Notes: generated by a model from the sequence alone, not told the origin. 64,000 nucleotides of DNA from an uncultured Pseudomonadales bacterium (GCA_958295875.1 OY282379.1:2569046-2633045); one strand, 5' to 3'; counted from the first letter of the stretch, positions 8,007 to 17,076 are shown. Made by a program: numbers and translations.

Positions 8007-10208
8007 TTACGGTTTTTCCGACTGCAGTTGCCGCGCCAGCATGACGTGGTCGAGCATGATGTGTCCCCATCCGCCAGTTTCGTCGTCGAACAGTTCCAAC
8101 TGCAGACGCTGGCCGGCGACCTCGCGTAAGGGGTGGATGACCCGACTGAACCGTTCGGTGTTCTCGCCACGCCAGATCGCCGCTTCGTCGCCGTCGGCCA
8201 ACAGGCGCAACCCGACGCCGCCCCCGCCGCCGCCGGCTATCAGGAATACGAGATGGCCAGACTCTGCGGTGAACATCGGCGAGAGCGCCCGCCCGGTGGT
8301 TTGGTCTCCCTTGTCCGGATGGAAACTTGTCAGGAAGCCCCTGCCCGCATTGCCGCTGATCGGCTGCTGGCCTCTGTAGCGTTCATGTTGACCTTGATTC
8401 GTGATCGCTTCGCCTTCCAGAAGCCAGCCGTCAAGTCCATCTTCGAAGCGTCCGATAAACCGCACATCGTCAAAGGACAACACCCGCAAGTCTCGTCCGG
8501 CAAAACGGTCCAAGACCCACTGCCGATCCGGAGAGTCAAAGGGCATCCACAAGAGCGGGCCGACCTGTAGGGCGTATTCCGCGCGGCCAAGCGCTTGGAG
8601 TTCGCTGGTTGCGGGCGGGTGGATGATGAAGTTGACGCCCCGCTCTTCAAGGTATCCGGGTGGTGGCCAACGGTCGTGGGCAATGGCGCGCTTGTGGTTC
8701 GGTGTGCTGACAGGGTTGCGCGCCACCGTCGCGTCGGTCAAGCCGTGTAGGTCCACGACCTTCAGATCGGGAAGATGGTAGAAGCGGATTCCCAACGCAC
8801 CGCCGGCCATCAGCGCGTCCTCGGGAATCACTCCGTCCTCCTTGTTCTCGTAGGGCTTCCATGTTCGCAATTTCGAGTTGGCGTGCGCGCGGTGTTCCGT
8901 GAAAGGCGAAGCAACGGACTGGCGGGCAAGTTGGCGGCGCAGGTCGTTGGAGATGGCGACGAGCATCGGCATCCCCGGCGCAGCAAGCAGCCATCCCGCA
9001 TTGTCGTCGTCGAGTTCTATGTGGAGCTTCAAAATGTATTCGCTTATCGCGGCCCCCTTGAATAACAGGGTGCTTTGAATTGCGCTGGCGTAGAACAACA
9101 CCGGTACGAAGAGAGCGATTGCGCACGTTCGCACGTGCCGGTAGCGGGGAGGGAGTCGTCGCAACCGCCGGTGGTCGGCAAGCCGCGCGCCGAGGCACAC
9201 GATTCCCATGGACGCGGGAACCGCCAGCAGCGGCCAGTAGAAATCCAGCGGACGGTACTCGAAGTGGTCGCCTCCGATGCGCATCACATAGGCCATGTGG
9301 ACGCCGACGAGGAGCAGCACCAGCGCCCCCATGCCATCCCGGGATGCTCGCCAGCGGTTCCGCATGGCGATTGCGGCCAAGGGGATCAGCAGATACAGCC
9401 CGGTCTCCAGCGCCGCCGCCCACAGGTAGCGAAAACCGGACTCGTACCAAGGCCGTATGTGCTTGGCGTAGTAGGTGTTGGGCAGCCATTCGCCGTAGTA
9501 GGCGTAGCGCCACAGGAAGTGGGCGCCGATCAGGAAAACGAAGGGCGTTGCCAAACAGATCAACCGCCGCCAGTCCGGATTCCTAGCGCCCGTGTCCGCC
9601 ATCCGCTGCACGACGAACCAGCCGAAGCACAGCGCCGCCAACAGCGGCCCTTCGGGCCGCGTCAAGGCGGCGGCGGCTAAGCTCAACGACGCCGCCAGCA
9701 GACCCCCGCGGCTGTCCCTGTAGAGGCTCAGGCACACCACGGCCAGAACGACGAAGAAGGTGAACTGCCGCGTCTCCAGCCCGCCGGCGGACGTCCACAC
9801 CGCGAAGGTGGCGCTGGCGCACACCAGCCCGAGCGCCATCCACCCCACCAGCGCTCGGTGGAGCAGCGACGGCAGGCGCGCGACCCACCACATCATCGCC
9901 GCGATGGTGCCGGCGGTGAAGGCCACCGACAGCCACGGCGCAGCGTGCTCCGGCGCCACTCCCGATAGTCTCCATATCGCCGCGAGCTCCAGCACCCACA
10001 GGAAATTGGAATACCCCTCGACATGCTCGCCGGGGTTGAACACCAGGCCGTGGCCGTCGAGCAGGTTGCGGACGTAGCGGAAGCTGATGAACGCGTCGTC
10101 GCACAGGAACCACGCGACGGAGGAGAACCATGCCAGCAGCACCAGCCACGGCAAATGCAGCAGAATGGCTCGCGCGTTTCTGAGGGCATTCCCCTTCATC
10201 GGGATCAT
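8007..10208 (-). CDS. GT-C-like polytopic membrane glycosyltransferase (second type) with C-terminal beta-sandwich (LamG / GH32-C-like) module
   Basis: A CDDAFISFRYVRNLLDGHGLVFNPGEHVEGYSNFLW motif follows TM1, and there are multiple TM helices. The C-terminal 146 aa are shared with 10451..12940 (FEDGLDGWLLEGEAITN...GGWGHIMLDHVMLAR). Confidence 0.8.
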   Translation of the reverse strand: MIPMKGNALRNARAILLHLPWLVLLAWFSSVAWFLCDDAFISFRYVRNLLDGHGLVFNPGEHVEGYSNFLWVLELAAIWRLSGVAPEHAAPWLSVAFTAGTIAAMMWWVARLPSLLHRALVGWMALGLVCASATFAVWTSAGGLETRQFTFFVVLAVVCLSLYRDSRGGLLAASLSLAAAALTRPEGPLLAALCFGWFVVQRMADTGARNPDWRRLICLATPFVFLIGAHFLWRYAYYGEWLPNTYYAKHIRPWYESGFRYLWAAALETGLYLLIPLAAIAMRNRWRASRDGMGALVLLLVGVHMAYVMRIGGDHFEYRPLDFYWPLLAVPASMGIVCLGARLADHRRLRRLPPRYRHVRTCAIALFVPVLFYASAIQSTLLFKGAAISEYILKLHIELDDDNAGWLLAAPGMPMLVAISNDLRRQLARQSVASPFTEHRAHANSKLRTWKPYENKEDGVIPEDALMAGGALGIRFYHLPDLKVVDLHGLTDATVARNPVSTPNHKRAIAHDRWPPPGYLEERGVNFIIHPPATSELQALGRAEYALQVGPLLWMPFDSPDRQWVLDRFAGRDLRVLSFDDVRFIGRFEDGLDGWLLEGEAITNQGQHERYRGQQPISGNAGRGFLTSFHPDKGDQTTGRALSPMFTAESGHLVFLIAGGGGGGVGLRLLADGDEAAIWRGENTERFSRVIHPLREVAGQRLQLELFDDETGGWGHIMLDHVMLARQLQSEKP

Positions 10209-10352
10209 CTACGCCTTCGCCTCGACGTCGATCTCGTCCCATGTCGCGCCTCGCCGCTTCGGCTCGCGGTCAGCACGATGGTCCTTGGCGTAGACGAGGC
10301 GGTCTTCGACGAGATACACATCCCAGTCGGAGCGGATGATCGCCGAGATAGA
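10209..10352 (-). pseudogene. Relic of the 5-prime part of a VIRSDWDVYLVE-type repeat unit
   Basis: The translation ...SAIIRSDWDVYLVEDRLVYAKD... then diverges. Its stop (10209..10211) directly abuts the ATG of the 733-aa gene. Confidence 0.4.
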
Positions 10353-10450
10353 CGCGCCCGCTGCGACGGGTGGGCATCTCGCCGAAGCCGTCGAGCGGCG
10401 GTGGTGCGGGAGAGCAAGCAGGTTGTTCACAACATGGGTGCCCGATGCCA

Positions 10451-12940
10451 CTACGGCTTCTCTGGCTGCTTGTCGAATAGCAGTCGCCGTGCCAGCATCA
10501 CATGGTCGAGCATGATGTGTCCCCATCCGCCAGTTTCATCGTCGAACAGTTCCAATTGCAGACGCTGGCCGGCGATCTCGTCTAGGGAGTAGACGACCCA
10601 ATTGAACCGTTCGGTGTTCTCGCCACGCCAAGTCGCGGCTTCGTCGCCGTCCGCCAACAGGCGCAACCCGACGCCGCCGCCCGCGCCGCCGGCTATCAGG
10701 AACACGAGATGCTGGCCAGACTCTGCGGTGAACGTGGGCGAGAGTGCTTGCCCCGTGGTTTGGTCTCCCTTGTCCGGATGGAAACTTGTCAGGAAGCCCC
10801 TGCCCGCATTGCCGCTGATCGGCTGCTGCCCTCTGTAGCGTTCATGTTGACCGTGATTCGTGATCGCTTCGCCTTCCAGAAGCCAGCCGTCGAAACCGTC
10901 TTCGAAACGCGCCAACACCTGCTCGCCGAGATAGAGATGGTCACCGTCAATGATGGTAGAGGGCGCGGGCGCCGGTGTGTGGGGAGTGACAATGTCGGCC
11001 GGCACCGTTCGGATCTGAATGGGAGGTCGGGCATGATTGGGCAATTCAAAAGCGTTCACGCAAAAGCCAAGATTGTTCTTGCTCGCGTCCTCCCACGGAT
11101 GCCAAAGGCGCGAAACCGTTTCGTCCTCGTCCAAATGGGAAAACACCAGAGGTTCGCCGTGCATTTCCGCCGTTGCGCAATCTCTGATGAACGCCTGTGC
11201 CATCTGTCCGTCCACAATCAGCCCCATGTCATCCGACTGGTAATCGAAGTGCGGTTCCATCCGCTGCCAGAACCAGTCGGAATGATTGAGCCCGCCTGAT
11301 GACGTCTCTGGTGGTTCGGCGGACCAGAGCTTGAATTGACGCTCGCCCGATTGGTATCGGTATGGCGGACCTTCGAACAGCGTGGCATCTTGGATCGTGT
11401 TGACATCAAGGACATTCGCGAAGTGGCTAATCCCCCACTGTGGATAAAGCGAGACCTCGGTTCTTTCCCGTCGGGCGCGCAAGTAGTCGTATGAGTTGAC
11501 CAAGCCGTCCAAGTTCACCACGGGAAGGCGCGAGAAGTACCCGATGACGCCGGCGCTCCACGACCCGACCACGCTGCCCTCGGGAAGCAGGCGATTCGTG
11601 ACCAGCGTGCCCATGTAAGAGGTCATCTCCCATTCGCGATTGTGCTCGGACAATCCACTCATCCCGTCAACAAACCGGAACGGATTGGCGAAGTCCGCCT
11701 TTGGGAAGAGGACGGCCGCGCCGGCAACGACAACGCCTAGGCTCAGGACATTGGCCGCGCGGCGCGACTTCGGCCCGATGAAACGGCGGATGAAGTGGAT
11801 GGCGACATAGCACCTCACGGGAATGGCAAGCGCCATCATCAGGTACGCCGGGACGAAGTACCAGTTGTTGTCCCCAAAAAAGGGATGCAAGGTCAGGGCG
11901 GTCTGCCCGAACTTGGCCAGATGGCCGACGGCCAAGCCGGACACGCCCGCCAGGAAGGCCAGCAGAAGCCAGTCCTCCCGGTTGCGGGACCGGCGGGCGA
12001 ACCACCAGACCAGCAGCAGATAGGCGCAAACCTCCAGCGCAACCAACAGTTCGAGGTCGAAGACATCGATCTGCAAGGTGTCTGAGAGGTTCTGCGTCAG
12101 GCTGTACCCGCCTTCCGATTCCCATCGCTGTTGCGACCAGAGTTGCTTGGTCGCGCCGCTCACCGGCACGATGCCGCCGAAGACGAGCCGGTTGTAGGCG
12201 AAGTACACGAGGACGCCGGCGCCGGCGGCGAGAAACGGGACGAGCGCCTTGGCGGAGAGCGCTGACCGGGCTCGCTCTCCGATTGGCGCGCCGGGCGCTC
12301 GCTCCTGCCTCCACCACTCGACGAGCCACAGCGCCGCTGTCGTGGCCAGTGATATGGCGATGTACTCCAAACGCACCCAAGGCAGGGCGAAGGCGACCGC
12401 GGCAAGCGGCCACTTCCACCGCGCCGGGCTTCGCGCGAAGAGGCAGGCGGCCAGGATGAACAGGCACAGCATGAACAGCGCCGCCGCCGCTTCCAGTCCA
12501 TGAAACAGCGAGTCCCGCTGGTAGAGCATCGGCAGGGCGGCGAACAGCAGATACCACGGCATGCGCGCCAGCCGGGCGGCCGCGGCGATGAGGGCCACGC
12601 CGCCGGCGACGAGCATCACCTCGAACGCCTTGATGGCGAACAGCGCCGCTTCCTTGTCGAATGCCCAGTAGAACGGCGTGATCAGAAACAGCCAGAGGGG
12701 GTGGTATCCGTTGGTGCGCGTGATGCCGCCATCGAAGGTGGAAAACTTTCCTTCGGCCAAGTTGAAGGCGATCTGAAGATAGTAGAACGAGTCGTCCCCG
12801 TTCACGCCGCGGATCAGGTCGATCAAGTCGAAGGAGCTGAGCATGTACCAAGCGAACCCGGCCCCGTAGGCCAAGATCCCCCCGATGAACAGGACGAACA
12901 GCGCGTTGCGCAGCGTGGTCAGCTTGGCCATGTCCCTCAC
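10451..12940 (-). CDS. GT-C-like polytopic membrane glycosyltransferase, paralog of 4646..7351, with C-terminal LamG/GH32-C-like module
   Basis: The N-terminal about 400 aa are nearly identical to the 901-aa protein (MRDM.KLTTLRNALFVLFIGG...). The C-terminal 151 aa are shared with the 733-aa protein. Confidence 0.8.
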   Translation of the reverse strand: MRDMAKLTTLRNALFVLFIGGILAYGAGFAWYMLSSFDLIDLIRGVNGDDSFYYLQIAFNLAEGKFSTFDGGITRTNGYHPLWLFLITPFYWAFDKEAALFAIKAFEVMLVAGGVALIAAAARLARMPWYLLFAALPMLYQRDSLFHGLEAAAALFMLCLFILAACLFARSPARWKWPLAAVAFALPWVRLEYIAISLATTAALWLVEWWRQERAPGAPIGERARSALSAKALVPFLAAGAGVLVYFAYNRLVFGGIVPVSGATKQLWSQQRWESEGGYSLTQNLSDTLQIDVFDLELLVALEVCAYLLLVWWFARRSRNREDWLLLAFLAGVSGLAVGHLAKFGQTALTLHPFFGDNNWYFVPAYLMMALAIPVRCYVAIHFIRRFIGPKSRRAANVLSLGVVVAGAAVLFPKADFANPFRFVDGMSGLSEHNREWEMTSYMGTLVTNRLLPEGSVVGSWSAGVIGYFSRLPVVNLDGLVNSYDYLRARRERTEVSLYPQWGISHFANVLDVNTIQDATLFEGPPYRYQSGERQFKLWSAEPPETSSGGLNHSDWFWQRMEPHFDYQSDDMGLIVDGQMAQAFIRDCATAEMHGEPLVFSHLDEDETVSRLWHPWEDASKNNLGFCVNAFELPNHARPPIQIRTVPADIVTPHTPAPAPSTIIDGDHLYLGEQVLARFEDGFDGWLLEGEAITNHGQHERYRGQQPISGNAGRGFLTSFHPDKGDQTTGQALSPTFTAESGQHLVFLIAGGAGGGVGLRLLADGDEAATWRGENTERFNWVVYSLDEIAGQRLQLELFDDETGGWGHIMLDHVMLARRLLFDKQPEKP

Positions 12941-14274
12941 AACGCGAGCCGCCGCGACAGTTCGGAGACGAACCTGGGCCGGCTGCCGGCCGCCTCGGCG
13001 CGAACCGCCTCAAAGGCGCTAAGGCGGGGATAGCCTTCGCGCACCCGTTCCGGCGCGCAGTGGGCGTCCTTGGCAAGATAGACGCGGCCGCCGTGGCGGT
13101 GGGTGATCTCGTCGAGGCCGTCGAGCAGCGCGGCGGTGCCGCTGCGCACCGGAAAGTCGAGCGCCAGCGTGTAGCCTTCCATGGGAAACGACATCAGCCC
13201 GTCGCCGGCGGGGCCGAACAGCTTGAGCACCGCTAGGAAGGAGCCTTGCCCCGACGCGGCGGCGCACTCAAGCAGGGCGGCCACCCCGGCCGCGCTCCCG
13301 CCCTTGGGCAGCACGCACTGGTACTGGACGAACCCCCGCCGCCCGTAGAGGCGGTTCCACGCGTCGATGCGGTCGAGGGGAAAGAAGAAGCGGTCGAAAT
13401 GAACCGGCCGCGCCCCGGTGCGCACGCGTCTCCGCCCGCGCCGGTAGTAGAGCTCGTTGAAGAAGCCGATCGAGACCCGGTTGGGCAGGGCGGACGGCGC
13501 ATCAAAGGGAACCCGGAGCTTGCCCCGCGAAGCCGGGACAAGGGGGCTGGACGCAAGGCTCGGCGGCAGCGCCCCGGCGTCCATGAACGCGCCGCGCGTC
13601 AGCAACGAACGGCCCAGCCCTGCGCCCCGCGCCAAGCAGTCGATCCAAGCCACGCTGAAGGGCCAGTCGCGGGACGCCTCGAACAGCGCCATCGCCTCGT
13701 CGAGGTCGCGTGCGGCCAAGGTCTCCGCCATGAGGAAAGTGGTCTCGATCGGCCGCAAGCGAAAGCGCGCCGACAAGATCACCCCGGTCAGCCCCATCCC
13801 GCCGAGGGTGGCGCGGAAGAGATCGGCGTTCTCTGCGCGGCTGCAAGTCCGCATCGCGCCGTCCGCGCCCGCCAGCGTCAGCGATTCCACATGCGCGCCG
13901 AAGGTCCCGTCGGCGTGGTGGTTCTTGCCGTGTACGTCTGCCGCGATCATGCCGCCGACGGTGACGAGCTGGGTCCCAGGCACCACCGGCGGGAACCAGC
14001 CGCGTGGCGCGAAGGTTTCCAAGATGTCCGCGAGCAGCACGCCGGCCTCGCAGTCGAGCAGGCCGGTGCCGGCGTCGAACGCCCGCATTCGGTTCATCGC
14101 CAACGTCGACAGCGTGAGATTTGGGTTGAGCGCGGCGTCGCCGTAGGCCCGCCCGTTGCCGCGGGCGATCAGCGTTGTGCCGCGATGCAGCAGACCGGGG
14201 AGGTCCTCCCATCGGCGCAGGCGTTCCAGCCGGCAATCGAGAGCCGGATGCCGGCCCCAGCCTGAGAGCATCAT
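12937..14274 (-). CDS. FAD-binding oxidoreductase, DprE1-like (decaprenylphospho-beta-D-ribofuranose 2-oxidase-like)
   Basis: Diagnostic strings include GWGRHP, ARGNGRAYGDAALN, PGTQLVTVGGMIAADVHGKNHH and GAHVESLTLAGADG. The C-terminal part is VYLAKDAHCAPE. Confidence 0.85.
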   Translation of the reverse strand: MMLSGWGRHPALDCRLERLRRWEDLPGLLHRGTTLIARGNGRAYGDAALNPNLTLSTLAMNRMRAFDAGTGLLDCEAGVLLADILETFAPRGWFPPVVPGTQLVTVGGMIAADVHGKNHHADGTFGAHVESLTLAGADGAMRTCSRAENADLFRATLGGMGLTGVILSARFRLRPIETTFLMAETLAARDLDEAMALFEASRDWPFSVAWIDCLARGAGLGRSLLTRGAFMDAGALPPSLASSPLVPASRGKLRVPFDAPSALPNRVSIGFFNELYYRRGRRRVRTGARPVHFDRFFFPLDRIDAWNRLYGRRGFVQYQCVLPKGGSAAGVAALLECAAASGQGSFLAVLKLFGPAGDGLMSFPMEGYTLALDFPVRSGTAALLDGLDEITHRHGGRVYLAKDAHCAPERVREGYPRLSAFEAVRAEAAGSRPRFVSELSRRLAL

Positions 14275-14408
14275 GCGGAACTTCGCCGGAACACGCCGCC
14301 AGTTTGAGGATGTTGCGGTCTATTGAGTTGCGGCATTAGCCCCTGTGGTGGGCGTGGCAAAGGCGGCAAAGCACAAGGTTAGAGATGCGGGTGGGCACCA
14401 CGCGCATG

Positions 14409-15869
14409 CTATAGCGCTGCCGCGAACGCGGCTAGGACGCCGAGGCCAGTCAGCCAGCTCGTCCGATCCCGCAGCGCGAAGATCAGCGGGTCATCGTTCA
14501 TCCCGTAGCCGTTGAAGTTCCTCCGGCGACCTGCGAGGAGCGCCAAGCGTCCGAGCCAGTAGAGCAGCAGCGGACAGATCAGCCACAGGAACTCCGGGCT
14601 GGCATAGCGCTCTCCCGTCTCGGGGCTCTGGATGTAGAGAGTCAGAATCACCACGGAAGCGAAGCCGCTCGCAGCGCCCAGCGCCGCCAATGCCGGAAGG
14701 TCTTCGGCGAGATAGCCCCGGCCGCGGGCGGGCCGACCAGACGCCGTCAGTTCGCCTTGGCGCTTGACGATGGCCAAGGCGAGGAACAGGAACAGCGAGA
14801 AGGCGAGCAGCCAAGGCGACAGCGGCACCGACGCCGCCACCCCACCGGCGAGGACACGCACCGCATAGAGCATGGCGAGGACGGTCACGTCGACGAAAAT
14901 CCGACGCTTCAGCGACAGGGAGTAGGCGCAGGTCAGCGCCAGATACGCAAGGACCCAAAGCCCCGCTGCGGTGGATAGCCAGAACGCCAAGGCGAGCCCA
15001 CCCGCCACCAACGCGGCGCCGATGCCGATCATCGGCAGCAGCGGCACCTTTCCCGCCGCCATCGGGCGGTGGCGCTTGGCAGGGTGCCCGCGGTCGTGTG
15101 GGAGATCGAGCAGATCATTCAGAACATAGGTGCCTGATGCCACCGCCGACAGCGCCGCGAACACCCCGGCGGCCACCAGATACGTCCCTGCGTTGGTATC
15201 GTGCGCCGCGATGAGCGGCACGAACACGAGCACGTTCTTCACCCACTGGTGGGGGCGCAACGCCCGGAGCCAGTCGCGCAGCCCGCCGCCGAGCCCGGGC
15301 AGGAACCGAGCCTCGCCGTCCAGCGCTCTCAGCTTGCGCGCGAGGCGCGCTGAAAGACCGACCCCGATGGCGTGCCGGGCCCGCTTCCAGACCGCGAAGT
15401 CGCGCCGTTCGTTGCCGATGTAGTCGAACCCGCGCTCGCCGAAGCGCGCGACCAGCGCGGCGGCCTTGGCCTCGCCGGCTAGGTTGGTGCGCCCGTCCGA
15501 GGCGATGCAGCCCGCCGCCCCAACCGTCTCGGCGAGCGGCGACACGGCGCGCGCATCGGAGGCGGAGGCCAGGTACACCGAGCGTCCGGCAGCCTTTGCG
15601 GCGGCGATCTCCTCCAGCACGGCGGGGTTCAACGCCAGCGTGTCTGGCGGCAACGGAACTGCCTCCGCGATCCTGCGCTTCAGGCCGGCACGTCCCCTCA
15701 CGACGACGGCGGCGAGCCAGAACGGAAGGGCGAACAGGCTGAGCGGCGAAACGGCAAGCAGCCGGGCAATCCCTTCGATCAGTAGATCGCCGCGGATCAA
15801 TGAGCCATCGACGTCAACGACCAACGGCGGCGCCGTCGGTGCCTCGTCAGGCGCCCGCGCTGCTGTCAT
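14409..15869 (-). CDS. HAD-like phosphatase domain fused to UbiA-family prenyltransferase (decaprenyl-phosphate phosphoribosyltransferase-like)
   Basis: The N-terminal domain has HAD motif I (VVDVDGSLIRGD), VYLASASD and YIGNERRDFAVW. The C-terminal domain is polytopic, with LNDLLDLPHDRGHPAKRHRPMAAG (UbiA Asp-rich motif). ATG at 15869 was chosen to avoid overlap with the upstream gene. Confidence 0.8.
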   Translation of the reverse strand: MTAARAPDEAPTAPPLVVDVDGSLIRGDLLIEGIARLLAVSPLSLFALPFWLAAVVVRGRAGLKRRIAEAVPLPPDTLALNPAVLEEIAAAKAAGRSVYLASASDARAVSPLAETVGAAGCIASDGRTNLAGEAKAAALVARFGERGFDYIGNERRDFAVWKRARHAIGVGLSARLARKLRALDGEARFLPGLGGGLRDWLRALRPHQWVKNVLVFVPLIAAHDTNAGTYLVAAGVFAALSAVASGTYVLNDLLDLPHDRGHPAKRHRPMAAGKVPLLPMIGIGAALVAGGLALAFWLSTAAGLWVLAYLALTCAYSLSLKRRIFVDVTVLAMLYAVRVLAGGVAASVPLSPWLLAFSLFLFLALAIVKRQGELTASGRPARGRGYLAEDLPALAALGAASGFASVVILTLYIQSPETGERYASPEFLWLICPLLLYWLGRLALLAGRRRNFNGYGMNDDPLIFALRDRTSWLTGLGVLAAFAAAL

Positions 15870-15918
15870 CGCGCGCCGGCGGAGCGTTGGAGCTGCGGCA
15901 GCGGTGCTCGTCGGCGCA

Positions 15919-16653
15919 TCACGACACGGCCCGTTGCGCAAACGCCTTGAACTCAGCCGGCGTGCCCAGCGGATGAACATGCTCGGCGGGGATGTTTGAG
16001 ATGGCGATCTTGCGGTTGGCACTTATGAGCTGTGCATAGAGCGGCGCCACGTAGCGCTCCCCGCGTTGGTCCGGGGTGTCCGCCAGCGAGTGCTCGTAGG
16101 CTGCGGCGAAATCCGCCGGCCGGGCGAACCAATACAGGCCGATGGAGCAGTGCGCCGAAATGCGGCGCTTCTCCGCCACTTCCACCACCCAGCCGTCGGC
16201 GCCGGGGCGCGCGAAGCTCCAATGGTCTCCGGGCAGCCGGGCGCAGGGAATCCAACCATCTGCGCCGGGGGTGATGTGCGCCGGCGAAAGCCGCGCCGGT
16301 TCCACGTAAGTGTCGATGTTGTAGATGAGCAGGGGCAGTTGCGGGCGCCAGAGGTGCCGGCAGGCGTAGGCAGTGCTCGCTTGGCCTTCCGTCACCTGCG
16401 TGAGTTCTTTCACATGAACATCATCCGTCGGCCAGGCGGAGCGGTGCGCATCGAGCAGGGCTGTGGCGCGGTGCTCGCGCAAGCAGGCGAAGATCAGCCG
16501 TGTCCCGTCGGTGATGAAGTGCTCCAGCGACGCCATCGCCCAATCGAACAACGTGCGGCCGCGGGCTTCAACTTCATACTTCGGACATCGGAAGCCGGCA
16601 TCCCGGAAGCGCTGTCCGCGGCCGGCCATGGTGATTAAGACGTTGCAATCCAC
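15919..16653 (-). CDS. Sugar-phosphate nucleotidyltransferase-like protein
   Basis: The N-terminal motif is VLITMAGRGQRF (nucleotidyltransferase G-rich loop), with a GT-A-like fold pattern. It shares an operon with kinase and HAD phosphatase genes. It uses a GTG start. Confidence 0.65.
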   Translation of the reverse strand: MDCNVLITMAGRGQRFRDAGFRCPKYEVEARGRTLFDWAMASLEHFITDGTRLIFACLREHRATALLDAHRSAWPTDDVHVKELTQVTEGQASTAYACRHLWRPQLPLLIYNIDTYVEPARLSPAHITPGADGWIPCARLPGDHWSFARPGADGWVVEVAEKRRISAHCSIGLYWFARPADFAAAYEHSLADTPDQRGERYVAPLYAQLISANRKIAISNIPAEHVHPLGTPAEFKAFAQRAVS

Positions 16654-16665
16654 TGGCGGTGGCCG

Positions 16666-17076
16666 TCACGGCGCCTTCGGCGTCAGCAGTGCTTGAATCT
16701 CTTGTTCAGATAGACGCACGAACTCGTCTGGGCGGATGGCGCGGTCGTCGATGTAGAAACCCTTGTGCCGCGGCCACGGCTTGCCGAACAAGATCTCGTC
16801 GTAAGGCACGTCCCATTTCTCCAGCCACTGCAGCATGGTTGGCGCGGTGTGCTTGTTGATGGCGCCTAGGTTGCCGCCGTAGGTGCGCATGTTGCGGGAG
16901 GAGAAGAGGAGTATTCGGTAGCCGTTCGCATGGTACTCGCGCAGCTTGGCGATGACGTCTAGCTTCGGAGTGGCGTCCGCGTAGGACTGATCCGCGCCCT
17001 TGACTTCGCAGAGGGTGCCGTCCACGTCCACCACAAGCAGTGCGTCCGCAGTGTCCTCGCCTTCAGCCACGTTCAA
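16666..17076 (-). CDS. Small HAD-superfamily phosphatase
   Basis: It has LLVVDVDGTLC (DxDGT motif I), LFSSR (motif II) and a terminal YIDDRA motif. The start is TTG or GTG, overlapping the kinase stop. Confidence 0.65.
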   Translation of the reverse strand: MNVAEGEDTADALLVVDVDGTLCEVKGADQSYADATPKLDVIAKLREYHANGYRILLFSSRNMRTYGGNLGAINKHTAPTMLQWLEKWDVPYDEILFGKPWPRHKGFYIDDRAIRPDEFVRLSEQEIQALLTPKAP

